A stretch of 63,323 nucleotides of DNA, the filler included, from Squatina squatina (taxonomy: Eukaryota), in assembly GCA_031763465.1 (NCBI GenBank). It is 4 parts of 3 records of this genome, joined end to end, with 100 filler letters (N's around TTAATTAATTAA, not from the genome) between each part and the next. Parts side by side here need not be neighbours in the genome. Positions count along the whole stretch, not along the records: positions 16,662 to 32,890 come from JARFOE010000219.1; positions 32,991 to 50,271 come from JARFOE010000080.1; 2 more parts are not named here. The stretch is one strand, 5' to 3'. The notes beneath the pieces were generated by a model. That model searched no databases. It had not been told where the DNA came from and saw only the letters and a list, made by a program, of their open reading frames with translations. Positions 23,819 through 36,373 of this stretch are shown one piece after another (within the stretch, counting starts at the first letter, position 1; each line of letters starts with the position of its first letter). A program made the position numbers and the translations under genes.

Positions 23819-24693
23819 GCTAAGTCTTTCTTTCTTTTAAAAAAGTTTCTCCTGATTTCCCTATTGGATTTATTGGTGAGCATCATTATATGTGTTGACC
23901 TTAGTTTTGGTCTCCCCCACGATGGAAGGCAGGAATTGATGATCCACCATGCATTACCAGAACTTCATGTTGGTGGGGCCTTTATGTTGGTGCCAGTGGG
24001 GTGCTTGTGGTATCAGTTCCTGAAGTGTGTGTCTTGCTGAGCCAGCAACGACAGTGTAAAGCTACCAGATTCGCTCGACATTTTCTTAACCAGATATACC
24101 CAGTGGCCAGCTTTAGGGCATTTGCACTGGGCACCAGTATAAAACTAAAACCAGAAACTATTCTTATAAAGGGGAATTGGCCCATTGCAGGCTGATCCAT
24201 TGTATTTTTTAATCTACGAGCCTATCTGGGCTTTCAAAGAAGAGAAAGCTTGTCTGTAGCCTTGAAAATAAATGCATTTGAAACTTCTAAGGACTGTTAG
24301 CTCGTCAGATATTTCCATAGTTGATGAGAAGATAGAAAGAACTAATACAAAAAGTTATTAAAATTGAGTTTTGTTCATTACTTATTAGTTTTTATTATGA
24401 GAAGCTAACTAAGCTTAACACCTTCTTCAGAAGTATACGACTGCTACTGTTCACTTGTTTTGTCACTGTTTAATAAATGTGATAGCTAAGGCCTAAAACA
24501 AGGCCTAGTGTAGATCTTTTAAAGCAGAGACACGATGGGATAGAGAAACCTATCTTTAGCTGATTCAGAAACGGCCCACAGCATTCACCTTCANNNNNNN
24601 NNNNNNNNNNNNNNNNNNNNNNNNNNNNNNNNNNNNNNNNNNNNNNNNNNNNNNNNNNNNNNNNNNNNNNNNNNNNNNNNNNNNNNNNNNNNN

Positions 24694-24768
24694 CTAGCGT
24701 TTTCTGCCCCTTAGTGTTTCGTAGCTCTACCCATATCGATTCCACATCTTCCAAGCTAATGTCCTTCC
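24694..24768 (-). mobile_element. CR1 LINE endonuclease fragment
   Basis: LEDVESIWVELRNTKGQKTL is a typical CR1 endonuclease motif. Confidence 0.75.
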
Positions 24769-26063
24769 TATTTAGTTATCTTCTGAAGCAAGTTATATAA
24801 TTTGCTTCAATGGCCATGTCTGTTACCATTCATGAGAAACAGTTCTACCTGCCCAACTTTCTTACTCCTAATTTTTAAATGGTGTCCCTTAGTTTTTGAA
24901 ACCTTCATTTGCATAAAAAGAATGTCTGGATCAACATTATCAACCGTCATCATTTTTGAAAAATTCTGAATTGAAAATCTTTGCCTTTAAGTACAGATAG
25001 TTTTCATAGTGTACAAATTCTTGGATTAACGAAGAAATGAGACTGAAAGTCAAGCACAATCTCCTCTGGTATGAACAATAGTATAATTCGTGTTTTAGAA
25101 ATAGAGGAACTGGGTGCTGCAGTGGATTAGATATGGTCATTCACCTCTGGGATCCAGCCCAAATCGAGGGGACAAAAGTCTGCTGCAGTTAAAGCTCTCT
25201 GAATTCACTTGAAACAAGCTAATGACCTCAAAATCATAATTGGCACTATTTATAGGCTTCCAGGTCAACGGGGGCAATTGTGATGAGGTAGTTTGGGTAC
25301 AAATTACTGAAGCTTCTGAGTTGGGACTTGTTTGAAGGAGCCAATAAGGTTCTCCCTGTCTGCTGGCTTCAAAATATCTATCTTTAGGCAGCCTCAATCC
25401 AGTTCCTAATGGGCAAGTCCCTGCAGCACAAAACTGGCACTTAATAGTAATGACGTTCAGACAGGGAAAAGGGAAAATGTCAAAATGGATGAGTAGAGAT
25501 GCTTTTCTGAAGTTGAGGCAGAACAGCTGTGCTATACCTGACCTTGGGTGTGTTTGATGCTAAACTGGAAATTGAAAGCTTACCATTTCCCAGCATTAAT
25601 ATCGTTAACCTTGAGGAGCACAAAATGCAACAGAAATAATGAGAGAAAATAACCACACCTTCAAAGCAGTTAACAGGAAATGTGCATAGACATAAGATTT
25701 TTGGTAATATTACTAATTGATCTCCCATGGCATAGCACACTGGGAGTCAAGACCATGTGTGGTCCTCCGGTGAAGCAGGGCTAAAGTGTGGGGATTATTG
25801 GATCAGGGAGTGTGGTGTAATTCAGTCTCCATTTTGAAGTTATACATTCTGTTATTTTACATCATACTCGGACTTTATTATTATTTACAGTGAAATAGCA
25901 AACCTTGAGAAGTGGATGTGGTTGGGGCACAGGAGTGAGGGAATACATTCACGTGCAAGAAACGACCTATATCCTCATCAGTGAGCCACTCTCGAGCCAG
26001 GAGGAGAACTTTCTCACCACGATAATCTGTTTAATGTTGCCCTCACAATACCTCGGTACTTAC

Positions 26064-26242
26064 ACTCTGCCTTGATGGCCGCAGTGTTAATCGGCACATA
26101 GGGGTGTCGCGCCGCCTGCTGCAGAATGTCTTGACATAAACGCCTGGCCATTCTCGTCAGTTTGGTCGTGTGCAGGTAAAAGGCCTGCCGTGTCTTCAAC
26201 GCGAACTTGGGACTGGTGCTGTTCCTAACCGGCAGGCCATGA
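26064..26242 (-). CDS. MTA1: MTA1 internal exon (5' end in gap)
   Basis: [59 protein letters not shown]; donor T|GTAAGT. Confidence 0.92.
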
Positions 26243-27262
26243 NNNNNNNNNNNNNNNNNNNNNNNNNNNNNNNNNNNNNNNNNNNNNNNNNNNNNNNNNN
26301 NNNNNNNNNNNNNNNNNNNNNNNNNNNNNNNNNNNNNNNNNNNNNNNNNNNNNNNNNNNNNNNNNNNNNNNNNNNNNNNNNNNNNNNNNNNNNNNNNNNN
26401 NNNNNNNNNNNNNNNNNNNNNNNNNNNNNNNNNNNNNNNNNNNNNNNNNNNNNNNNNNNNNNNNNNNNNNNNNNNNNNNNNNNNNNNNNNNNNNNNNNNN
26501 NNNNNNNNNNNNNNNNNNNNNNNNNNNNNNNNNNNNNNNNNNNNNNNNNNNNNNNNNNNNNNNNNNNNNNNNNNNNNNNNNNNNNNNNNNNNNNNNNNNN
26601 NNNNNNNNNNNNNNNNNNNNNNNNNNNNNNNNNNNNNNNNNNNNNNNNNNNNNNNNNNNNNNNNNNNNNNNNNNNNNNNNNNNNNNNNNNNNNNNNNNNN
26701 NNNNNNNNNNNNNNNNNNNNNNNNNNNNNNNNNNNNNNNNNNNNNNNNNNNNNNNNNNNNNNNNNNNNNNNNNNNNNNNNNNNNNNNNNNNNNNNNNNNN
26801 NNNNNNNNNNNNNNNNNNNNNNNNNNNNNNNNNNNNNNNNNNNNNNNNNNNNNNNNNNNNNNNNNNNNNNNNNNNNNNNNNNNNNNNNNNNNNNNNNNNN
26901 NNNNNNNNNNNNNNNNNNNNNNNNNNNNNNNNNNNNNNNNNNNNNNNNNNNNNNNNNNNNNNNNNNNNNNNNNNNNNNNNNNNNNNNNNNNNNNNNNNNN
27001 NNNNNNNNNNNNNNNNNNNNNNNNNNNNNNNNNNNNNNNNNNNNNNNNNNNNNNNNNNNNNNNNNNNNNNNNNNNGGTGGTGATGATTGGATCACTCATA
27101 TCGAGGCAAAGAAGGCAGATGTGTTTTCATGTTGTAGGGTGGGTAGTGAATTGAAACAGTGTCCATTTATTGGAAAGTGGGGAGGAAAGAAAGGAGAGTA
27201 AACTGGTGGAGAAAAGCTGGCAAGATGACAAATTGGTGCGATCTCCAGCATTTGGCAGTTAC

Positions 27263-27414
27263 CAGGTTACTTCGGTTTGGTCCTGGCCTTTCACCGTCCA
27301 GCCGGGTTGGCATTTTCAGTCCACCATACTTCTTCCAGTAGGCCCAGCAGGCTGCGCAGAGCCGGCACTGCATGTTGGGAGGGCCCCACGAGTACCACTG
27401 GTACGACTGAGTAG
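27263..27414 (-). CDS. MTA1: MTA1 GATA-type zinc finger exon
   Basis: [50 protein letters not shown]; [12 protein letters not shown] is MTA1-like; 152 nt with AG/GT ends. Confidence 0.93.
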
Positions 27415-27479
27415 CTGGCGAAACAAAAATAGGTACAAGTAAATTGCAACCTTCCTCTTGCAGCCCGTAACTAGCAGGA

Positions 27480-27700
27480 CCACAGTCTCGAACGGCCGGG
27501 AGCGCGGCACAGTCTGGCCATGAGTGTAGCCCTAAATGGCCGGGAGCCCGGCACAGTCCTGCTAAGAACATAGTCCCAAATGGCCGGGAGCGTAGCCCTA
27601 AATGGTCGGGAGCGAGGCACAGTCCTGCCGGGAACGCAGTCCCAAATGGTCGGGAGCGAGGCACAGTCCCGCCGGGAGCCCAGCACAGTGCGGCCGAGAG
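27480..27700. repeat. GC-rich minisatellite (ccaaatggycgggagcg / ggcacagtcc subunits)
   Basis: Repeated units seen directly; they produce the SRPFG..A repeats in ORF 27167..28108. Confidence 0.8.
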
Positions 27701-28542
27701 TGAATGAGGCATCAGGTTCCACGTGTGGTTCGCTGCCAGCCGTTTTAAAGCCTGGTGTAATCCAAGGCCCAGTGCGGCTGCACTTTTAAACCCGNNNNNN
27801 NNNNNNNNNNNNNNNNNNNNNNNNNNNNNNNNNNNNNNNNNNNNNNNNNNNNNNNNNNNNNNNNNNNNNNNNNNNNNNNNNNNNNNNNNNNNNNATAAAT
27901 ATTTGAAAAGGAGGAATATAAAATGATCTGTGGGAAATGGGGTTACAGGTGAGAGCTCCAGCACCAGGAGCTGAATGGCCTCCTCCTGTGCTATAATTTC
28001 TATCGTTCTACGGAAACTCTCCTTTATGGAGCCTGAACCCAGGGAGTAGTTTAGAAATGTTGGTGCTGAGCTGGGTTTAGCACGATGTGCCCTGTGAGAA
28101 GTGCCCAAGTAGTGAGCCTACTGCCTTTGTGAGATCTCTGGGTTTGGCTCAGGCCAGCTTGAGTGATGTGTGAAGTCCAAGTACAGATCAGCTCTGACTG
28201 ACCCAGTTCATAGATGTTACCCTCTCACATAACCTGAATCCAAACCAGAGTCCAAGGAGATCGGGAGAGAGATGGGGGCCAGTTAAATGTGGCATTTACT
28301 GGGGGGCCTAACTGCACCTTCTGCAGTGCAATGGGATCTTGGCTGTAGTCATAGGATGACTATCAGTGGATTATAGGATTACTGCACACTAAAGAGAGGA
28401 TATCACACCATTACTAGCAGTTACATATAGACTATCAGTGAGTTATTGTATTACTGTTGGTTATGAGGGGAATCACATGTGTTACCTGTATTACTATTAG
28501 TTATCGGTGCAATTTCAGTGAGTTACTATTTGTTACTAGCAG

Positions 28543-28709
28543 AATCAAAGCTCCTCCCTGCTCCATTCTGCGAATCCCTTTCCTACCCCCAGCTTCCTTT
28601 TTTCCGCCTGCCCGTGGGTGGCCTCCTGGTTCTTGGAACTTCTTGCACAACAACCTCCGGGACAAAACCACGAGCAAAGATATTCAACAGGGGGCCCAGC
28701 CTTTATAAG
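28543..28709 (+). CDS. Candidate exon of an unidentified gene
   Basis: tagcag| ... aag|gtaaat bound an open frame (E)SKLLPAPFCESLSYPQLPFFRLPVGGLLVLGTSCTTTSGTKPRAKIFNRGPSLYK; protein not recognised. Confidence 0.3.
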
Positions 28710-30065
28710 GTAAATACAATAACATTTGCAGATGTTGTGTGATCCAATGTCATGTGATCAAACCTCCAGGAATACCTCCAACTCTAAATATACTAATAAG
28801 GGAGCTAACACCTATTTTAGGATCAAAACTGGGAATTGGTTAACACTGAACGCAGCAGGCGTCAGGCCTGCTGTGTCCAGGATTACCAGGTGTACATGCA
28901 GCCTCACCAGTGGCTCATTAAATGGGCTGCAGGAGGCTGCCACCAAAAAGATAAGATTAAACAAAAGTATTTTCCTGAAAGTGGAGCTGAGATTGGCAGG
29001 AGTGCTCCTCTCGGATCCACATGAAAAGTGCAGGCCGCTGCCAGCCTGCACTTGCCCCCTCCCGATCTCCTCCACCTCCTCCTGGACTCAGCTCAGGTCC
29101 TTAGCCGGTGTTCTCGCCGGCCAATGCTGCTGCCCCCCTCCTGCCCCCCGCCCCGCACCCCCTGACGGGCCCCCCCAGCTCACCGCTAATACACAAAAGC
29201 AAGCTGGCGGACCAGTTTGCCCTGCTCTTGCTGGCGGCCTCTTTAGGCGCGTGCTGCACCTGGATCGTGGCCCAATTCGGGCTGCATCCAATTTCTCGGT
29301 CACCTGTGATCATTTCCTATTGTTAGCTGCTAATTTAAATATTTATGCAAAAATTACTGAGCATTTAAGTGAAGCCAAACCCCGTGCAGAAGGAATAAAT
29401 GTTACCAGTGAGCTTGGGAACACTGTAAAGATGCTGGATTGCATTAGTCACACATCACAGCTGGAGTTGACTTTCCTCTTTAACACTGTGTAGGGAAATA
29501 ACACCCAATTAAAAACAACGGGGTTATTTTTCACTATGGGCGCGGTCGGCAGAGGGACAGTTGTGGTTCAGTCATCATTATACACCCTGCTTGGTTTTCC
29601 TTTCCATTCTCTTCACTCAGAGGCTGTCACCACCAATGTTAATGCTGATTTGGCCAAGTTAAAATCGTCTGACAGTGAGTCCAGTGAATGCAGGGTGCGT
29701 TCCCTTTTCCCTTTCGATAGCTGGAGGTAGATGTATGATCGAGAATGGTTCTTCAGGCCAGCTCACCCTCTCAGCTGGAGGAGGAGGATGTGTGGCAATG
29801 AAAGGTTTGCCAGACTGGACCCCAGACTGTGCCACCCAAATTTGTATCAAAGTTACCAATCAAATTTGTATCTGATTTTCCGGCCTTTGAACAANNNNNN
29901 NNNNNNNNNNNNNNNNNNNNNNNNNNNNNNNNNNNNNNNNNNNNNNNNNNNNNNNNNNNNNNNNNNNNNNNNNNNNNNNNNNNNNNNNNNNNNNCATTTT
30001 GTATTGAATTCTACAGTGCCATACTCAAAATGGCTGCTTAATATTTTCAATCTCTTTCTTTCCAG

Positions 30066-30205
30066 GAGGCCATGGAGCTACAGAATAAGCAACAATGGTA
30101 CCAGCAGAACCAGTTATCCATGACCAAGGAAGATGAACAGGCCTACTTGGCCTACTGCTCTGAGACTATGTTCCGCATCCACATCCTTGAAGTGCGCCTC
30201 AACAA
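30066..30205 (+). CDS. DRC7: DRC7 (CCDC135) penultimate-type exon
   Basis: EAMELQNKQQWYQQNQLSMTKEDEQAYLAYCSETMFRIHILEVRLN matches the DRC7 C-terminus (ELQKKQQWYQENQ...YCSxAMFRIxILExRLNRHK); polypyrimidine-CAG| and |GTAAG; 140 nt. Confidence 0.85.
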
Positions 30206-31267
30206 GTAAGGATTCACATTCCACTTTTAATTGTGGAATCTTTCATGTTTGTTCCCTCGTTCCTCTTTTGATGATGCTAACTTGCTGGGGTAGAGTTGCA
30301 CTGATATCATCGGCTCTCCAGAATCTCCAACAAGTGTGCGTGTGTCCATCAATGAGGATCAGCGGGCTAGTTGACCATGTTGGGCACAGAAGCCGNNNNN
30401 NNNNNCAAAATCCACGCGTGCGCTTTCTAGCTGGACAGTGATCAAAAGTGGAAGCCCTACCTGATTTGCTACGATTTGGCTGGAGCCTCTACCATTGGCC
30501 TGGCTGAGATCAGCTGACTCTGACCAGACAAGGAATTGACCCTTGTGGCTCAGATACACACTGGGCCATGCATTTACCAATGGAGTCACCAGGGGATCTG
30601 CTTTCTATTTCTTTTGAATCATTAATAAGCTGGGCAGAGTGAGTACATATCTTCCAGAGTCATATCCATCACCACTCTCCACAGGCAATTTAAGCAGGTT
30701 TAAATGGCGATGTTACCGATATAATTAAAAGCCCTGCTTCCAGTGTGTGTATGTCACATGACGCCATTCACATAAAAATGCCATTCTTCAGGTGCCACAC
30801 CTCTGTAAAGGAAAGATTAATGATTTGGTCAATTAACAGAGAAGTCTTAATTTCAGTCAATCAAATATTGTAAAAATGTAGGTGATTCAAAAGTAGCTTA
30901 ATCTAAGAGGTTACATACCAGAGAGTAAAAATGAAACAATTCAGAACAAAGTGGCTTATTCCTTCTTATTCATAGACCTGGCCTAATGCCCATGGCCCAG
31001 CTCTGTACTCTGACCTGCTTGTAACCCCTCATCTGGTGCTCCCAGAACCTACCTTCCCCCCGCCCTGCCCCCCAGTGCTTTCAGTCCCTGCCTTGTTTAA
31101 ATCTTCAGCACTGATGTCATAATTTGGTTTGGAAGAATTATATTGCCTGCCTTATAGTGTGAGGGAGCTGAATTAACAGCTGCAGAGATACTCGGCTAGA
31201 TCAATCCGAGCAGCATTCAGGTATAGCAGTGTCTGACAATTCTTTATTTGGGCAGTGATTCAACTTT

Positions 31268-31355
31268 ACATAGAAACATAGAAAACATAGAAAATAGGTG
31301 CAGGAGTAGGCCATTCGGCCCTTCGAGCCTGCACCGCCATTCAACACGATCATGG
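31268..31355 (-). mobile_element. CR1 LINE 3' terminus (catagaaa tail)
   Basis: catagaaacatagaaaacatagaaaataggtgcaggagtaggccattcggcccttcgagcctgc; related copies at 37634-37743 and 47805-48022. Confidence 0.8.
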
Positions 31356-31732
31356 NNNNNNNNNNNNNNNNNNNNNNNNNNNNNNNNNNNNNNNNNNNNN
31401 NNNNNNNNNNNNNNNNNNNNNNNNNNNNNNNNNNNNNNNNNNNNNNNNNNNNNNNAAGTAATTCTGCAAGCATCCAAACTGTTCCATTCCATTTGCCTCA
31501 CTGTTTGTTCTGCCATCTCCTTCCCTGTTTCTATTGAAAATTCAGCGACCCTGAGAGTTAACTTTCTTGTTCTGCTGTAAGCTCAAGTCTAGATTTGAGT
31601 CTACACTTTTCAGTAAATGAGTGCAGAATGACTTATTTATGTATACTTATGTTTGTTTTAGTCTGACGAATTAAATATATCCATGTTAACGGATGACTCA
31701 ATACTAACTTGTCGTATTCTTTCTATCCAAAG

Positions 31733-31785
31733 GAATGGATGCACTGCTTCATGCACCTCTCCGAACCCCTTTGCAACAATTTGAG
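31733..31785 (+). CDS. KNL1: KNL1 small exon
   Basis: (G)MDALLHAPLRTPLQQFE resembles KNL1 GMNTLLSAPIHT..QQKE; AAG| and |GTAAA; phase-compatible with the next exon. Confidence 0.8.
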
Positions 31786-31824
31786 GTAAATCAGCATGTT
31801 GGTGCAAGTGATGAAGCCTGGTTC

Positions 31825-31898
31825 TTACAAATAATTAGGGTGGTACCTAAATTGTGAAATGTTACAAATAATTAGGGTGGTACCTAAATTGTGAAATG
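31825..31898. repeat. Perfect 37-bp tandem duplication in a KNL1 intron
   Basis: ttacaaataattagggtggtacctaaattgtgaaatg x2. Confidence 0.9.
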
Positions 31899-32156
31899 CT
31901 TCCAATCACAGACGTTTTATGTCAGCGACTAAATTTTCAAATGAACTTAATGGAAGCTTGGTTGTGTTAATTTGGTCTGTTTCTGATATGCTGAGATTAC
32001 AGGCACCAATTTTCTGACCAGTGGGATTTTTTTTTTAAATGGCAAATAATGTGTTCCATTTCTGTTTTAGTACTTTAAATATAAGGAAAGCATTAAAACA
32101 AATGACTTGATCTTCACAGTAAGTTTTAATGTATTTATCTTCCCATTTTTAAACAG

Positions 32157-32890
32157 GCCTGTGAACATATTGAGACTGTCAGTATAAATCAAATCTTCCC
32201 CATCTCTGGGCTTGAAGTGCGAAGAGAAGGTCTTGAAGAGGCGGTCATGTCTTCTGAAACAAAAATTACATCTGGGATTCCAAAAAAAATTGACTTCAAA
32301 TCTTTCTTGGCTGGATTTGATTCTACAGAGCCAGCATATACCAACCTGTGCCTTGACACTGGGGAGGGTGGTGTCAATAAGTCCTTCAGCTCTATCCGAC
32401 AAAACCAGGTTCCGAAACAGCAAAAGACAATTGATTTTAAATCGTTCTTAAATAGCATAAAGCAGAGTGAGGCAGATGAAAATAAGATGGTGTCCATGTC
32501 TTCCATCTTTGAAGAACAGGTATTTAAACAGACAGACTTTGTTACTTCAGCTTGTGGAGCAGGTAGAGGCATTGAGATGACCAATAACTTGGTGCTACAA
32601 AGAAACTCTATCGGCAATCTGGATCCAAACAGAACTGTGATGTTTCTGGACCAGGACAACGATATGGAGTTCACCAGAAGCCACACGGTTGCTATTAACC
32701 ATTTTGCTGTGGGAAATACTACCACTCTTCATTCATTAACCGAGCCTAACAATGTAGAGAGACTAGATACTGGAGAGTCAATTCATTCTTCCATTCGTCA
32801 AGATAAAACTTTTGTGTTTTCTGGAGAAGATTGTATGGACATGACCAGAAGTCATACTCTACCTATTGATGTCAGGAAGATGGACCACAT
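32157..32890 (+). CDS. KNL1: KNL1 (CASC5) large exon, 5' part, truncated by the linker
   Basis: Open from the acceptor aaacag|. Two KI motifs (KKIDFKSFLAGF, KTIDFKSFLNSIK) and MELT-SHT repeats (TVMFLDQDNDMEFTRSHT, TFVFSGEDCMDMTRSHT). Confidence 0.9.
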
Positions 32891-32990
32891 NNNNNNNNNN
32901 NNNNNNNNNNNNNNNNNNNNNNNNNNNNNNNNNNTTAATTAATTAANNNNNNNNNNNNNNNNNNNNNNNNNNNNNNNNNNNNNNNNNNNN
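32891..32990. other. Artificial concatenation linker
   Basis: N-flanked TTAATTAATTAA at 32935-32946. Confidence 0.95.
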
Positions 32991-33809
32991 CCTGATTTAC
33001 CTCCAGTTACTATTTTTTCATTTAGCAGTGACAGAGCAAAGGTTTCATACCAATTTTTATTATGAACTTGTACATTGTTGTGTTTTACATGAATATTAAA
33101 CAATTGAAAACAGGATTTTGGGGGAATCTTTTTATACATCAATTTAAATCATGAAATTAAAATACTAGATAGATGGGAATAAATGCAAACAATGACAAGT
33201 TCTAGTTTGTGGTGATGGGACTTCTAATTTTGTCTGTCAATTCCAAATATAATTAGAACTTCGTGATATGAGTGCTTTTAAAATCATTCATTCCCTTTGA
33301 GAGCACTAGACTTTCCTCCTGCTTTAAATTCTTTCTCGTGTTTTTCTCATCATATCAATCATTCCTTCCCTCACCAGCTGTACAATCCTATTTAACATTC
33401 CTAGGCTTGAAATAATTTCTGCTTTTGGTTATGATAATGAGAATAACTTGGTGAGCTAGGACATGGCCCTTTGTTATTTATATTTAGAAGTACTTCATTG
33501 ATGATAATGCATATTACATAATTACTAAGAACATTCCACTTGTACCCCCACCACCATCCTGAATGAACAGATAATATGAAAAGCCTGGAGGCTGAAAACA
33601 CAATCTTCTGTTGAAATTACACCATGGTTTTTACATAGCAGAAAGTACTGTAAGTACTTTCATATGTCAAGGAATTTAGGTCACTACTTGTGGGTGGAAA
33701 GTATTGGGTTTGTTTTATATGCAAATCGTTACAGTGGACTGGATGGTACCGTTGCTCACTCTAAGTGAATACACTTACCTGCTCTTCCACCAGTCCTTTT
33801 CCTCTTATA

Positions 33810-33956
33810 CAAACAAAAAGTGCTGGAAAAACTCAACAGGTCAGGTAGCATCTGTGGAGAGAAAAACAGAGTCAATGTTTCGGGTCGATGACCATTCGTC
33901 AGAACTGAAAAAAAGCTAGAAATACAGCAAGTTTAAAAGCACTGACAGGCAAAGGG
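33810..33956 (-). mobile_element. Penelope-like/retrozyme-type repeat with a minimal hammerhead motif (33870-33906)
   Basis: Minus strand AGTT CTGACGA AT GGTC ATC GACC C GAAA CA TT GACT; same family as 4803, 47160 and 51370. Confidence 0.6.
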
Positions 33957-36373
33957 NNNNNNNNNNNNNNNNNNNNNNNNNNNNNNNNNNNNNNNNNNNN
34001 NNNNNNNNNNNNNNNNNNNNNNNNNNNNNNNNNNNNNNNNNNNNNNNNNNNNNNNNACAATCTCCAGCTTAGGATGGACATCTTGTCTTTTTTAAAAAAC
34101 ATTTCCGCGTTGTGTATGCACATCCCCAGGGGGAGAGAGGTGACTTTCAAGCCCTGGCCCTCAAAGCCTTAGTAATTCAGTCCTATGTTTTCAGACGGGA
34201 AATGGGTCAGTGGCATTTTAATAAAGCCCGGCGGTTAAAATTGCCGTGACCTCATTCTGAAACCAGTGGGTTCCTGTCGGAAACCAACTGACCATTAAAA
34301 TCCCCCCATTGACTCTACCCTGTTCAGACCTGCAGCCAAGAAGTCACATCTAGGCAGCACTCTTAGTGGAAGTTAAAGTAAGCACTAGATTAAACTTGTA
34401 CACAATTAGATCTTTCCAGGCAACAATTGGTAACATTAATCGGTATACAATTCATCCCCTTTAACATATACCTCCTTGCAGCACACCTCTGTATAGTATT
34501 ATTCACAGTAGTGTCTAGTGCGTAGATCTCAACACCTGGCAACCATAAGAGCACTGAAAACAGATGTTGCTACTGTGTTCTCAACTCCCTGAGAACTATG
34601 GTTCACATAAACCTCTGCATCTCCTCCCCGATGTCCTTAATTATGGCATCCTCATAAAGGGTGAATTGCTTGATAGTTTGCCACTCTCCATCGGTCAATA
34701 CGTATTGTTACCTATTCATTTCCTGTAAAGTAATGAATAGCATACAGTACATTGCAAGAGATTAAATCTTAGATGGAAATGAAGGCTGCAACACATTTTA
34801 TATACTGCTAGGTATAGTGAATTGTAAAATGTAATAACTCAGGAGCCACAAACTAAATCAGCCAGTAAAAGCTGCCTCAGCTGCAACTTGACATGCGTTT
34901 TTATAGTCTTCATTCGTGAATACACTTTCCGCCTTTTTGCAGCACTTGCATTGTGTTATTGGTTAGATTTGAGTTAACAATGCTGATTAAGGAAGCTTGT
35001 CGATTACAGTCCTGACTACTACCTCTTTGGTTTGTCATTGACATCAGTGTAAGACATATTCATGTAAAACCCATTTATTGTCATATGATTGCAAATCAGA
35101 CTCAAACATTGCAAGATAAGATAATTTTCCTTCAGACAAATACATTTCTCGGTCAGGTAATTGTGAAGGAGATCAATAATAAGATAATTGATAGTCATTC
35201 TATTTATTTCTATACTTTTCTATAAACTGGCACTATCTTCTTTATATCTTTCAACACACAGCAGATGAAAACCACCTCACTGACCTGGGGGGTGGGGTGC
35301 AGGGGAATGGGGTGGGAGGTCGAAGACAACTCCAGATAATGAATTGGAATGATTGCAGAGTATGAGATAAATCCACTTCAGAGACTCCGACTAAAGCCAT
35401 ACTGTGGCAGTTTATACCGTGTTGTGGCCAATGACATCAAAGTTCTCCTTGAGGTTTTAAATCTTAGGCCTTGTCAAATTGCACTTTAACCACTATTTTA
35501 ACAGCAATTTAAAAAATGATTAACCTCTGTTAAAACAGGATTCTGTAATTTGCTGGAACAATTCAAAACAAAGCATTAGCACATCAGCCGAATGCCAGTA
35601 GTTTGGCTTGTTTTTGTAATAGCGTACAGATTAATGTGTGTGTTATTAGTGTAGAAATGCTTATTACCTTGCCCACTATTTTAGCGGAGGTTAATTATTT
35701 TGTTTTTAAGTGTTGCAAACCCATAAAATGTTTGCAAGCTAATATTGTGCTGGTGATTTTTGTGCTAATATTGATGCTGTGAGTTGAATATATGGACCAA
35801 GTGTGACTTTCATGTCAGCCCTTTGAGAGCAAGCTCTCCAAGATACATTGGGGATTATTTTGGTGAAAGTGTGAAAACAAACGCCAAATAGGTGCTGTGC
35901 TAATACGACTCGCCTATTTGAGAGTCTGGTTTTCGCACACAGTTTTGCTCCCAATTGCTGATTACCATAATTTGAACTTGCCTAAAGGTGCTAAAACAAA
36001 CATCTCCAAGTTTAGCACTCAGGCGCTGATTAGATGCAGTTTTTGTGGAGCAGTAATCTCCATCCTGTAAACTCCAATTGTCCTAGCATATTCCTCAGGC
36101 ATTTTGGAATGATACTTAATATTTACATTAATGTTTCTCTCTACGGTAATTATGGCCCTGAATTTGCGGTNNNNNNNNNNNNNNNNNNNNNNNNNNNNNN
36201 NNNNNNNNNNNNNNNNNNNNNNNNNNNNNNNNNNNNNNNNNNNNNNNNNNNNNNNNNNNNNNNNNNNNNNCACCCCCTCCAGATTCCATTTAGCAAAGTT
36301 CCTGCTGTAAATTTCAATATTGCAAATGAGTAGGGAAGCTATACCAAGACTGTTGATACAGCGAGATTCCGGT

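Noticed and set aside
27480-27700. CRISPR-like repeat-spacer array
   Set aside because: Vertebrate DNA, no unique spacers and no cas genes; a minisatellite.
27167-28108. 313-aa ORF as an MTA1 fusion protein
   Set aside because: Read-through of a gap and a minisatellite into a normal MTA1 exon that has its own splice sites.
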